A stretch of 64,000 nucleotides of DNA, from positions 24,032 to 88,031 of the forward strand of contig NMRA01000118.1 of NCBI GenBank assembly GCA_002633005.1. Direction: 5' to 3'. The notes under the pieces are model-generated. The model was not told the DNA's origin and did no database searches. It was given only the letters and a program-made list of their open reading frames with translations. Each line of letters opens with the position of its first letter. Within the stretch, counting starts at the first letter, position 1. This document shows, piece by piece, positions 1 through 11,790 of the stretch. Made by a program: the position numbers and the translations under genes. Source of the stretch: Phoronis australis (taxonomy: Eukaryota; Animalia; Phoronida).

Positions 1-781
1 TGGCTATGCAAACTCTGTTTACACGATAACTATTGGTGAGTATTTGCAATGGCATTCTGTTTGCTGATTATGGAATACTGATTTTGATGGCTATGCAAAC
101 TCTGTTTACACGATAACTATTGGTGAGTATTTGCAATGGCATTCTGTTTGCTGATTATGGAATACTGATTTTGATGGCTATGCAAACTCTGTTTACACGA
201 TAACTATTGGTGAGTATTTGCAATGGCATTCTGTTTGCTGATTATGGAATACTGATTTTGATGGCTATGCAAACTCTGTTTACACGATAACTATTGGTGA
301 GTATTTGCAATGGCATTCTGTTTGCTGATTATGGAATACTGATTTTGATGGCTATGCAAACTCTGTTTACACGATAACTATTGGTGAGTATTTGCAATGG
401 CATTCTGTTTGCTGATTATGGAATACTGATTTTGATGGCTATGCAAACTCTGTTTACACGATAACTATTGGTGAGTATTTGCAATGGCATTCTGTTTGCT
501 GATTATGGAATACTGATTTTGATGGCTATGCAAACTCTGTTTACACGATAACTATTGGTGAGTATTTGCAATGGCATTCTGTTTGCTGATTATGGAATAC
601 TGATTTTGATGGCTATGCAAACTCTGTTTACACGATAACTATTGGTGAGTATTTGCAATGGCATTCTGTTTGCTGATTATGGAATACTGATTTTGATGGC
701 TATGCAAACTCTGTTTACACGATAACTATTGGTGAGTATTTGCAATGGCATTCTGTTTGCTGGTTATGGAATACTGATTTT
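1..781 (+). repeat. 87-bp tandem array, about 9 copies, each holding the 3' end of a PCSK7 exon plus donor TTG|GTGAGT
   Basis: Units start at 1, 88, 175, 262, 349, 436, 523, 610, 697. Copies are identical except an A>G at 763 in the last. The array may extend beyond the window start. Confidence 0.97.
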
Positions 782-3700
782 CTCCCACTTTAACTCATAA
801 TTTTCATAAAATGAAAAGTTTTAAAAGAAATAGGGAAAAACTGTTTGCTATATGTGACAGCATTTTTTTGCGACTTAGTCATCTTGGATATTCATGCCAT
901 GAAAGACAGTTGATACAGTATTTGTTTTGATATGTATTTTCTTCTTGTTTCATTAATTTAAAAATCCTGCTCTACCGTACTTGCATCTTGTATCAGGTGC
1001 TGTTGATGAGACAGGGGCCATGCCGTACTATGCTGAGGAGTGTGCGGCCATGTTGGCAGTGACATTCAGTTCAGGACAAGGTGCTGGCATCAGGAGTATT
1101 GTAAGTACGATCATCACACCAAACATCTTCTTGTCATCTGCCACTGTCGTTAAACTGTTGTAATCTCCATTGCGATTGAGGACTAACTGGGTCAAAAATG
1201 GAAATTTCCAATTTCCTGATCAGCCTGTGTAGACGTGATGGAGTAACTTGGCGAAAGCTGCTCATGGTAGTGAAAGAGTTGAAGCTTGTTTCATTACACT
1301 GTGAGGAAATCTTGATGATTTTGAGACCCAGATTTCATGGGCCCCAAAATTGAAAGTACACATACAATTTGAAAGGTGTGTATACTGTACCCATGTTTGG
1401 AACTATAGAGTGAATGATGCTTGTCAGGAAAAAAATAGTCAGAAGTAGGTATTTACTGAATAACCTGTTTGCAGACAACGACTGACACTGGATTCGGCCC
1501 TAACCGTGGATGCACTAGTCGGCATTCTGGAACAAGTGCTGCTGCTCCTATTGCAGCAGGTATTGTGGCACTCATGTTGGAGGCACGCCCGTGTCTATCC
1601 TGGAGAGATGTCCAACACATTCTGGTTATGACCGCTGTCAAGGTACTGCTGCTGCTGCTGCTGCTGCCCCCTAGGTTGTGCTCGCATTTTGAAATCACTA
1701 CAACAATGTGATAAAAAAATTTGATTCCTGAACCAGCGTGTTTTCCCATCTTGTGGAATTACCTTGATAATTTTAAGATACTATCATTGCCTATTATGAA
1801 AATCACAGCAATTTTGAATAGAATGTCATAGTCTACAGTGCATCTGTCTGTTTTAAGTGAAAATATTTCAACTAATATCTATGCCTTATTAACTAGTACT
1901 GGCTGAACCTCTTGTGAAGTTACCTCTGTCACAGTACTGCTTTATATTGCCAGGTTGATATTGATGTAGCTCACTGGAGCCAGAACAGTGCTGGTCTGCA
2001 TCACAGCCACAAGCATGGCTTTGGTCTGATGGATACCTGGAGACTGGTCAATACTGCAAAGGTAGAGTTAATTTAGGAAAAGCACATGGATATTTGGTCC
2101 CGTTGGCAAATATTAGAGTCTAAAATGACCTCTAACTTGACTTATTGTTGTTTAGTCGATGAATGCTCATGTGAGACAGTAAGACTTGTTGTGATCAAGC
2201 TCATTAGGAGTCATTACCTGATGAAGTCTAGAAAATGACATTTGTAACATTGCAAAACATCGTATCTCAGATTATTCCAATGCTAATGAAAGTTTTGGAT
2301 TTTAGACTTTAATACACCTTTTCTATGAATTGTTTTTAAAATCATGGTACATTTTTTACATTTTATTAAGATGCAGCAAGATGGGACCTTTATGATTGTC
2401 GTTAAAAATCAAAAATTGCATGAAGCAAATAGAAAGTATTTTATTAGAAAACTATTCTTTTTAAGATTTTTCTTGTTCATATAACTGCTTAAGTACAAAA
2501 CTGTAAAGACGTGCACATCTAGAAAGTCTTTTTCATGATGTTTAAAATATTCACCTTCACTGCCTCCACATCATGGCTTTATGCACAGCCAGGTGGCAGC
2601 ACTGATCATTGATCTTCCTTTGTTTTGCCGAAGTCTCCCATTTGCAATATTCTTTACTTGAAAGTGTGACTAAATTTCTATTATCTATAGTTATGCTGTA
2701 TTCTTCCTCTCATTTCTCCTAATTTTAGTTTTCAGTGTGCATGTTTAGTTCCCATGAATCACCAAAGTGAATATTTAAATCATAAACAGTGCATGTCTAC
2801 ATTCTGCCCAACTGTAACATTTTATATAAGTCTGATGAAGTAACGAACAATTCATTTTCCTGGACATTAAGTATAATAGAGAGGTTTGGTAAACACCAGC
2901 CCTTAGTTTCTCAAACTATGTCCATGCTCAAACTAATACTGTTCCCGATTTTTGAATTTCTGATTTGAAATGCTCTGAGCATTAATTTGTAGTGATTCTT
3001 TCCTTGAAAGTGATGCATGTATTTACTGAGTAGTCAGGTCCTTTCTTGTATTTCAGATCTGGCCACCTGTGCCATGGTTGACTTCATTTTCCAGCCATCT
3101 TCAGTCTGTATACTCAACCATTCCCAAACTTCCAAATAAGCTTGATCTCTCCATGACAGGTAATTATTACCACTGCATAATTTTCATTCCTCGTCATAAT
3201 ATGGAAAAGCTTGAAGAAGGCACTGGTGGAAACATAAAAATCTGAGTGGGGAATTTTATTAGACGAATAGTTATACAACTCTCCTTTTTTAGCCGTATTG
3301 GCAATTCATGTAATTCAGTCATAAGGAACCTTCTCCATAGACTACACATTGAGCTCTAACCCTGTCACTGTGGTAGACACGCAGTGGAATGTATTTGAGA
3401 GCAACAGGTGTGATCATCTTGTCAAGAACTTTAGCTGTTGATCCCTACAATTTTTTTTACCTTATTCGTAAAATAGTTATAGCTTAAGCCTCTTATGTTA
3501 TTTGAAGAAGACATCTAACAGTGTGGGGGACTTACGTGGTACACATTCAAAATAAATAAAATAATGCAAAAATGCTTGTATTTTTAGATTTTTCTCTCTG
3601 TCATAGTATTCTACTAAGGACATAAGTTAATTTTCTACTTGTCTTTATAGTGACTCGTGACAACACGTCATTGTTTTCTCTGAACTCATTGGAGCACATT

Positions 3701-6700
3701 GTTGTCACGGTGATGATAACTCATCCCAAAAGAGGTCAGCTTGATATCAGACTGGTCTGTCCATCAGGAATGGAGTCTGTGCTGGCTTCCTACAGAGATG
3801 TTGACAGGTAGTGCAACTGGTGAAGTATGTTGTCCGTTTTGTTAGTTTGAATGTGCTACAAAGCAAACCTCTTGCCAAAAAAATATATTTTGAATTTATT
3901 AAACGACTTACAATTAAGCTGGTCTCTACTCTGTCTTGTTTCTTTCTGTTTGGTATGATTTGTGAGATTATTGGTAAGGGCTGACAGCTGGTTATTTCTT
4001 GAGACCAGGTGCACTATGGGTTTATTCAGGCATGTCCTTTCATGCACCGATCATGGAGACCATAAATTATTTCTCATGTGAGCGAGGAACAACTAGGGTC
4101 CAGTGTTGTATCAGAAAGGGACCTAAATGAAAAGTTATGAAGAAGGGGTGGTTTATAGTAGCTTTAAAGGAGAAGCCCAAGATGAAGGTTTCTTAAAATG
4201 CTGTTTAAAATAGAAATCCCTGGTTTTCTTAAAGTCATTTTCAGTGTTAATTATTGATCGTTTCCCCTGTCCTTTATTAAGTATGGATGTAATATTAGTG
4301 AGGTGATAGCACAAAATGATTTTGTAACACCTTGTTTCTACTTTCATTTTCGTTGAGCAAACCCTATGGCAGTGTTCAGTAACAAGTCGGTCATTATGTT
4401 TGATCAATGAAAGGGAATGGAGAAACAAGATGTGTGAAGCTCAATCTTGGCATTTATGACACTTCACGGTTATTACATTACATAATTAATTATTGAAGAC
4501 CTGTGAAACATCAATCCTGAAATCTGTCTTTATGGTAATGTTGGATTTCCATAAAGCAATCTAAAACATTGGCCATTTCCATTCAGAAGATGTACAGCTT
4601 AATACCCACAGTATACCTTGATCATGGTTATTTTTGTCTCTCCATAAGTAGTTCAATTCTTTTGTCAAATAGAGACAGTGTGCAGCTGATTAATGGTGCT
4701 GAGCGACTGACTGATGATTCTATCCCTTGTGATCTGATGTGCCACACACACACATACAGTTATATAATATGTCATAGATAGTATGTGTTTGATAAGTCAA
4801 CACAACTGTAATGTACTACAAGTCAGGATTGCTACTTTCAATGTGGTTCCCATCTTTTCACTATTATGCTAAGAACAATTCAAAAGTTTTTCACTGTTAT
4901 GGGGAGAACAGTTCACAAGTTTTCGCTATTTTGGACAAAACAGTTCACATCCTTTCACTTTTATGTGCAGAAGAGTTCATATCTGTTCACTTTCTGTGGG
5001 CAGAACAGTTCACAATCATGTTTTCACTATTTTGGACTGAACAGTTCATATCTTTTCACTATTAAGTGTTGAACAATTTTCATGTTTTCACTATTGCTAA
5101 TGATGTTCAGTTCACATCCTTTCACTGAAAACATTCCCTTTAAATGAGGTAAGGACAAGTTTGGAGAAATCTTTTTGATTTATCCAATGTCAGCGTTTTT
5201 TTATCCACATTCCATCCTCACTAGTGATTTTGGGTCATCAAAGGAGTGACTATTCATTCGGAATGGAGTGAGTGGGATGGCTGTTTCTTATCAAATCATC
5301 TCTAAATAGAAGGTTTGAAAGCATCCAGAATGTACTTTTCAATTTTCTTTTTTGGTCATGAAAACCCGACGAAAATCAAAATCTGTATAGAGAAGTAAAA
5401 ATTAGACTACATGCAGGGTTTTTGAATTTTCAAAATTAGTCATGTAGTATTGGTTTTGTTAACAAAGCCCGTGCCTGGACCTGTACATTAAAGAGTCCTT
5501 CCACCATGGCTTATCAGCTAATTATACATTTATCACTTACTCACAATAGAAGCTGGGCCTGAAAGATTGTGGATAAAACCTCCTGCTGTGATGATAGAAT
5601 TTGTTTAAAGGACGTGAATATGGTGAGAGCAATTAGATGAACATTTTGTAAAATAACACCAACAATCTCATTATGGTTTTTACAGACAGTGTACTAGAGT
5701 GAATAACATCTCAGTTCATTTTATACGTGCACAGCTATGTTGTATATTTCAGGTCAACCAGCGGTTTTCAGTTGTGGCCTTTCAGTACAGTGAGGTGTTG
5801 GGGAGAATCTCCTGTGGGTGTCTACAGGCTGCTGGTCAGGGACAAAGGTGGGTTACTGGACCTGGTGGTGGTTTGCTTGCTTGTGTGTTTGTGTGTGCGT
5901 GTGCGTGCGTGTGTGTCTATAGGCTGATGGTCAGGACCTGGGGGTGTATGACTGGTTTGTTTGTCTTTGCATGTTTGCATGTGTCTATATAATAAGGATC
6001 TGTGACAAAGTGGGGTCACTGGACCTGGCGGAGTATCAGTTTCCACACAAAAAGTTCCCATTTGGTTTCAACTTCAGACAACAGCGGTTATTATGTTTCT
6101 AAATTGACTTGTGTGTGTGCATGTGTGCGTGCGTGTGTGCGTGTTTGTAAATTGATGACAATTTTGAATCATTGTACACTGAGACTTATTTTTGTGTAAT
6201 GATAATCAAAGTTATGTTATGTTCAAAAGTTGAGGTTTTCTATTAGTTGATGATGTCTAGCATCACCATTGTTATGTAACAAGATTGTAATCACCTGAAG
6301 CTCCCTTGCAGATCTTTCATCTTCCAGAGGAGTATTCATTAGTTGGCAGTTGACATTGTACGGGTCGTCTATGACAACAGAGGATGTTAAGCAGAGACTG
6401 AGGTAGGCAGGAGTGTCTTAACTGAAAACTCAAAAACCCACATTTAAAGGCATGTTTGACCACGCATTGATAAACCCACATTTAAAGGCATATTTGACTA
6501 GACATTCTCTATTGCTTGGTATGCCATGATATGAACTTTCCTATTGCTTCTGCCTCAAACATTCCCAGTTGTGTGGTACGTGGGAGCATCAACGTTTTTC
6601 TACTTTGTATGATTTGTCTCCATATCAACACTCTCTGTAACTGTATAGTTTAACCTAACTTTCTCAATGTGGCTGGTACAGCGGCAGTTTTCATAAAGGT

Positions 6701-9181
6701 TTATTAGTCCTTCTGGTCTAAAGTAGGTAAAGTTTCAAGTCAAAAACTGCTATTTGCCTGGTGTCTTCCTGAGATTCACCATTACATGAAATTAGATGAA
6801 GTCAAGTGAATTTTCCCAAGTTCATCAACGTTTTTGGAAACTACTGTATACCATAACAACATTTCTCATTTTTATGTTATATGCCATAAACATCAACGTT
6901 CTTGTTTTGTCTACTCTGGTCTGTTGTAGTATGGCGTTATACTTTCAGGACTGTCCATGAGTCCTACAGTGGTGTGTATCTCAATGATAGTTACTCTCCA
7001 CCCTGTCCCAGGGTCTCATTCAAACAACAGGCATCCACCGGCTGGGTCACAGGAAAAAGGCTGCTCAAGGTAGGCAAGGTTGATATAAAATAACACATTC
7101 ATAGAGAAAGTAAAAAGAATAACGTTATTGTGTTATTGTTTTGCCGTATACCAGTCATCATGGGATGGGCACCATTTGACATGTTTTACTTACTTTATAA
7201 GTTCTTTAGGGCTGTTCCAGCAAAATCTGTATGGGAGGGGGGGAAGGCACTTTTATTTCTTACCCACCGCCCATATTTTTCATTTATTTCTCCAACCCAT
7301 GACCCATAATTTTTTAATTATTTTTAATGGGTTAAAATATAAAATCCAACACTTGCAAACAAATTGCCTCCAGGAGGACCTGTTAAGAACTTAGATGATT
7401 GACAGACAAGAACTAGTTGTCTTGTCCAATATTGTCAAAAACTAAAGTAGGCAGTGAGCAATACTTTTGGCAGCCACCAGGTGTCTCTGTTCACCATGTG
7501 TCTATAATTTCAATGAACATTTTTTCATTTATAAGGATCTATGAACTGTCTCCACGAACTCTTTTATACTTCTATGTCAAGTGAATATTGGAACTTGTTT
7601 ATTTTTTTCATCTTACTCCTCATACTTTTTATTCAAAAATCATCAATTTTCTTATATGTGTTAACACCAGTTTAGTGTTGCATAACTTTTCAATTAAATA
7701 GGACTGCAGACAAACAGTTGGCTCAAATCAAGTTGCCCATGACTTGATTAATGGCTTAGTGAACATATTGCACTCTGTTCACTGGCAATATGGGCTTTTT
7801 TGTATTGGGTTAAGTTAGGATATATGCATTTCGTTTTGACTTTTGAGGGCTGAAGTAACCAACCTGTCAACATTAACAGGTCAAAAAATACCACCCATTT
7901 TTAATGGATCACTTCTTACAGGAACGACCACCTATAATTTGTGTTTTTTTCTGAAGACAACCACCCATGAATTTTTATTTCTACTGCCGTCCCCCCCCTC
8001 CCACACGGATTTTACTGGAACAGCCCTTATATATTTGTTGAAAACTTTGGCCTGATTATTATTCATGTCGAAGTAGGTTTGCTTAATTTTGAATTTTCTT
8101 TTTCTGTTTAGCTCTTCTTGAATTCTCTGAAGAAAATTTGTTACTATGCAGCAGTTTCAAATAATGTGCCAAACATATGCTGATTCAGATTACTGCCTTT
8201 TAGACCTGCTGAAGGGTATCAATGTTATTTTGTTATTGTTTTTACCGTGTACCCACCAACTACTGTGTAACGTGGTCACTTATTCATCAAACTTTTGTAT
8301 ATCTTGGAAGTTCATTTGGAAGTGTGTTTTCTGTCGAGTTCTTGGCTTCATTCAGTTCATAAAATCAATGTTATGACAATATCTTTGTGTTTTGAGCTAA
8401 AAGTTGAAATAATGTGCTGAATGCAACAATATCACTCTGTGTGTGGTCTTATTATTTTAATGATTCCGATCATTCGCATTATTTGTTTAGTTACATGATC
8501 ACAAAATAGGAAAATAGTGTGAGGTTGATGCCCTGTGCCGCGGCGCCATCTTTGATAACTATTGTTTGGGTTAATATTTTCATGTTTGGGTGGAACCATT
8601 TGCTTTCAAGAGTTTTTTTAATGTGGGTGAATTAGTGTTCCAAATTACATTTGATAAAATGAAATTTTGTTCATTGATTGGTTCAGCGGCTGGGACCTTT
8701 AAGAACTAATGTTGAATTGTAAATGACTGTTATGTGATGTTATTTCTAGTTCCTCACTCTGACCGGTGTCTTTCTTCTGGTTATGGCTTTGTACCAAACA
8801 TTTGAGTATATGTGGTGTGATAAAGATGCGAAAGAAGAAGAGAGACATTCTGGGCTTGCCAGGCAGGCTGAGTACCTATCACTAGCCACAGGTGGCACTG
8901 ATGCCAGCACAGAAGGTGCCAGTGACAGAACACACTTACTAGCTGACACAGACGACATTCCGTTACAGACATTTCAGTCTTGTCAATCAATTACAACTGG
9001 TGAGAATGACTGTCCTAATGAATCATCTCATTGTTCTCAGTCTTGTCATGATGATTGTAGTGGTTCCTCTGGATCTGATCAGGGTTTGAGTGAAACTGAT
9101 CAGATGGCGCTAGTAGTCGACATGCTAGACCAGGAAGATGTAAATGACAATAGACAGCTAGTGGTTGACTTACCACCATAG
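1..9181 (+). CDS. PCSK7: Proprotein convertase subtilisin/kexin type 7 (PC7), 5'-partial spliced CDS: join(<1..35,997..1100,1475..1642,1954..2061,3057..3159,3651..3807,5753..5847,6312..6402,6949..7069,8750..9181)
   Basis: All introns GT-AG and phases join in one frame. Translation contains [30 protein letters not shown], catalytic-Ser motif [24 protein letters not shown]-domain [15 protein letters not shown] and [17 protein letters not shown], then a TM segment and acidic tail. The order and wording match vertebrate PCSK7 rather than furin/PC1/PC2 (recalled, not searched). Confidence 0.95.
997..1100 (+). CDS. PCSK7: PCSK7 exon ([35 protein letters not shown])
   Basis: tatcag| acceptor, |gtaagt donor, subtilase catalytic-domain sequence. 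Confidence 0.95.
1475..1642 (+). CDS. PCSK7: PCSK7 exon with catalytic serine (GTSAAAP)
   Basis: tttgcag| acceptor, aag|gtactg donor, 56 codons. Confidence 0.95.
1646..1666 (+). repeat. (CTG)7 microsatellite directly inside a splice donor
   Basis: aag|gta followed by ctg x7. Confidence 0.9.
1954..2061 (+). CDS. PCSK7: PCSK7 exon ([36 protein letters not shown])
   Basis: ttgccag| acceptor, aag|gtagag donor, convertase HSHxHGFG motif. Confidence 0.95.
3057..3159 (+). CDS. PCSK7: PCSK7 exon ([34 protein letters not shown])
   Basis: tttcag| acceptor, cag|gtaatt donor, phase 0 to 1. Confidence 0.9.
3651..3807 (+). CDS. PCSK7: PCSK7 P-domain exon ([32 protein letters not shown])
   Basis: tttatag| acceptor, cag|gtagtg donor, P-domain motif. 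Confidence 0.93.
4851..5127. repeat. Degenerate intronic minisatellite, about 32-33 bp period (core acagttcacatcttttcacta)
   Basis: About 8 diverged copies; core recurs at about 4876, 4909, 4941, 4973, 5006. Confidence 0.8.
5753..5847 (+). CDS. PCSK7: PCSK7 P-domain exon ([31 protein letters not shown])
   Basis: tttcag| acceptor, aag|gtgggt donor, FSTVRCWGE motif. Confidence 0.95.
5818..6030 (+). repeat. Three decayed tandem copies of an exon 3' end/donor segment, interspersed with TG-rich tracts
   Basis: gtgtctacaggctgctggtca recurs as gtgtctataggctgatggtca (about 5913); gacaaaggtgggttactggacctggtgg recurs as gacaaagtggggtcactggacctggcgg (about 6004). Confidence 0.7.
6312..6402 (+). CDS. 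PCSK7: PCSK7 exon ([30 protein letters not shown])
   Basis: cttgcag| acceptor, gag|gtaggc donor, WQLTLYG end of P domain. Confidence 0.93.
6949..7069 (+). CDS. PCSK7: PCSK7 juxtamembrane exon ([20 protein letters not shown]...KRLLK)
   Basis: ctttcag| acceptor, aag|gtaggc donor; resembles the PC7 SGxYL...PCP segment. Confidence 0.88.
8750..9181 (+). CDS. PCSK7: PCSK7 last coding exon: transmembrane helix and acidic Ser/Cys-rich cytosolic tail
   Basis: tttctag| acceptor in frame with ORF 8783-9181; [23 protein letters not shown] hydrophobic stretch; TAG stop. Confidence 0.88.
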   Translation, partial: FLTLTGVFLLVMALYQTFEYMWCDKDAKEEERHSGLARQAEYLSLATGGTDASTEGASDRTHLLADTDDIPLQTFQSCQSITTGENDCPNESSHCSQSCHDDCSGSSGSDQGLSETDQMALVVDMLDQEDVNDNRQLVVDLPP

Positions 9182-10974
9182 CTGGTGTGCATGTCAAACA
9201 TTATTTAAGTCTGGGTGTATTCTAGCTGTAGGTCTTACTAAGCAGGAAGTCGATAAGTTGGCCCATGTACTAAGTTTTAGCAACAGGTACAACTAGACCA
9301 CTTTTAGTGCTTCGGCCAAAACAGGGTTTAGTGTAATTGTTTTGCCGTAAGTACTGCTAGACCACTTGTAGTAAACTCTTTTCTCCATAGATTCTATTAT
9401 GCAGGTCACATGCATGAGTGCCACCTGTTGTGTAAAAAGGACAACTTGTCTCAAACTGAACTCTTACATTCCAAGTTGTTTAGGAAGAGAGACTATTAGT
9501 ACTTCTATATTTTGACGCCATTTTATTCCGGATAGATAACCAAATTTTGTTATCTTTTTCTAATTGCGCTAACATGTAGTTAAACTTTTTCTAACTCTGG
9601 CAATCTGATAGATGAGGTTTCTGATTTTTATTGTTTAGTAACAAGCTTGCAGGCTTTGTAACCATTGGTAAAATAATTTGGCTGAGTAATATTTAACATA
9701 CTCTTTCCTAAGTTTTCAACAGCATAGAATATAGAGTTAGTACCAGTAATCAAAAACACCGATAAATATATCGGTCTCTGCATGTGATTACACTTTACTG
9801 TCAGTTTTTGTGCCTTCGTATCATTCAGTTGTTCTGGCCATTTCCTTGGTCCACCACCAGAATTTGATGATTTAAGGTCAAAAGCTAATTGTTTGTATTT
9901 CGAAAAAATGGTTGCGTCTTGACAGAAGATCATTTGAGAAAAAATTTGACTGGAAAATTGACTGTGAACGTGAAAATTTAAAACTTATTCTCAAAGCGAA
10001 TATAAAAACTCTTTATTGTTAAAATTGTACACTTTTATTTGTGATTGCTGGCTTATACAAGCTTTGCTGTGAAGTGAAGTGTTGGCAAATTCAACATTGT
10101 TAATTAGTTGAGCAATTCTTATATATTAGTGTCTAGTGTTGGTGCTTTACTTACTGTAGACAGGATGAAGAACTGCTTAATATGATAGAATTATTACCAA
10201 TCAACACAAATATATGGATTTTTAATTTTTATTATGCAATCGGTGTGTTAAAATTTATTTTGATGTTAACTGTTATGCAATGAAAATGTTAATTTTAATT
10301 AGAGCATACTTTGTTATTTATAATGACGTTGATCAACTTTCCTGGACAGATGTTGATGTCCCTACTTAAGAAAACGTAGTTAATAAGATTTTTTTAGTTA
10401 GTTGCAGAGAGGTGGGAATGCTTTTCTGGTGAATTCCAATGTTTTTGTAAGGTTTGAACCCAGCTCATTGCGTGTTAGACTACCATCGTTTTAGTAACAT
10501 AGTTATTGTTTTACAGTTTTACATGTAGTACTTTGATAGTGATATTTTTGTTTAGTAGGTGAGGGTCATAATATCAATCTAATGCAAAGAAATGTCTTCC
10601 ACAATGTTTTAAGAATTCCATTTGAACAATGGGACTTGTTATAGATTTTAGAATGTATATCATGTAATTCAGGAATTGCTTTTAATTTCAATTTTAATTG
10701 TGATTTAGAGACTAAGAATTTTGTTTATTGTATGGAGTCTTATGTGGTTAATTTAAAAGAAACCTGTGGTTTGTTATGGAGAATTACATAGTCTCAGCTC
10801 TTGCGAGCAGTTATTTACACAAAGTAATGTTTTTCTATCATGGTTTATGAATAATTTCATTTCTCATGTAGAAATTAATATTTTTTATGTGGACTTGCAT
10901 TGGTTTGCAGGGATTACAGAAACAGTTTTATTGGGTGGTGATCTTTGTTTATAAATGGCTTTTTGGCACATGGC

Positions 10975-10980
10975 AATAAA
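10975..10980 (+). terminator. Candidate PCSK7 polyadenylation signal
   Basis: AATAAA followed by a U/GU-rich tract (ttttcaatttgtttttttt) at the end of a long U-rich 3'UTR-like region. Confidence 0.5.
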
Positions 10981-11477
10981 GAGGCATTAGCTTTTCAATT
11001 TGTTTTTTTTACTGAACACTGGTCACGAAATAAGTCCGCCCACGGAACTGACTCCAGGTCGAAAGCAGAAACGAGATATCGACTGCGTGACTGCGGGGAT
11101 TATCGGGAAGACAACATGGCATCTGCTCTGTTGGACGTCATGCCACAGCTCACTGAAGCTTCTTTTGCATCCACCAGCAAAAGTCGATGGATAGGAGTAC
11201 CCCTGGCCGGGTAATGTTTCTCTGCAGTAGTTGGTAGTATTCATCGGGAGACAAGCGAGATACTGCCGTGATACCGATATCCCCTAAGTTTGTCTTGGAC
11301 TGCTTATAAGGTCATAGCCTTATATTCGATGTCTTTAATTGCATTTTATGTTCCATGAAAACGCGTGCTTTTACCTCTAAGGTTTTTAAGGTAAATTTGA
11401 TATATCCTCGAGCCTGCTTGCAATCGCTAAAAGCATGACAAATACGGCAGTAGATGGCGTCTATGTAGCGAATTCAG

Positions 11478-11790
11478 GTTACCCGCACTTCAAATAACCC
11501 ATGGTAAGTGATAATGTGACTCGACTTAAAATTAACCCTCGGTTATTTAAATTCGATTTCAAATTACCGAGCATTAATCTGAAAGTTTATTTCATATTCC
11601 CTCTATATTTAGATTACCCCCATGTTGAATTTTAAATGCGATACTAATTAAAAACCCGAAAATATTTTATTCATCAAGTCAAATGGGAGAGGGGTAATCT
11701 AGCCATAGGGGAGGAAATCTGAACTTGATTTCAAATTACCGGGGGGGGGGGGGTAATCTGAAGAGGGGAAATTCGAAATCGTTACACCGG
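11478..11790. mobile_element. Decayed palindromic MITE-like element
   Basis: Internal inverted segments (tagattacccc vs ggggtaatcta), repeated attacc/ggtaat motifs, ends in gttacaccgg. Confidence 0.4.

Noticed and set aside
1-781. CRISPR-like regular array
   Set aside because: Units are wholly identical with no unique spacers, and the context is a eukaryotic exon-intron boundary.
10945-11214. ORF with internal aacATGGc start (MASALLDVMPQ...) followed by gtaatg
   Set aside because: No recognisable domain or downstream partner exon; flanks look like transposon debris.
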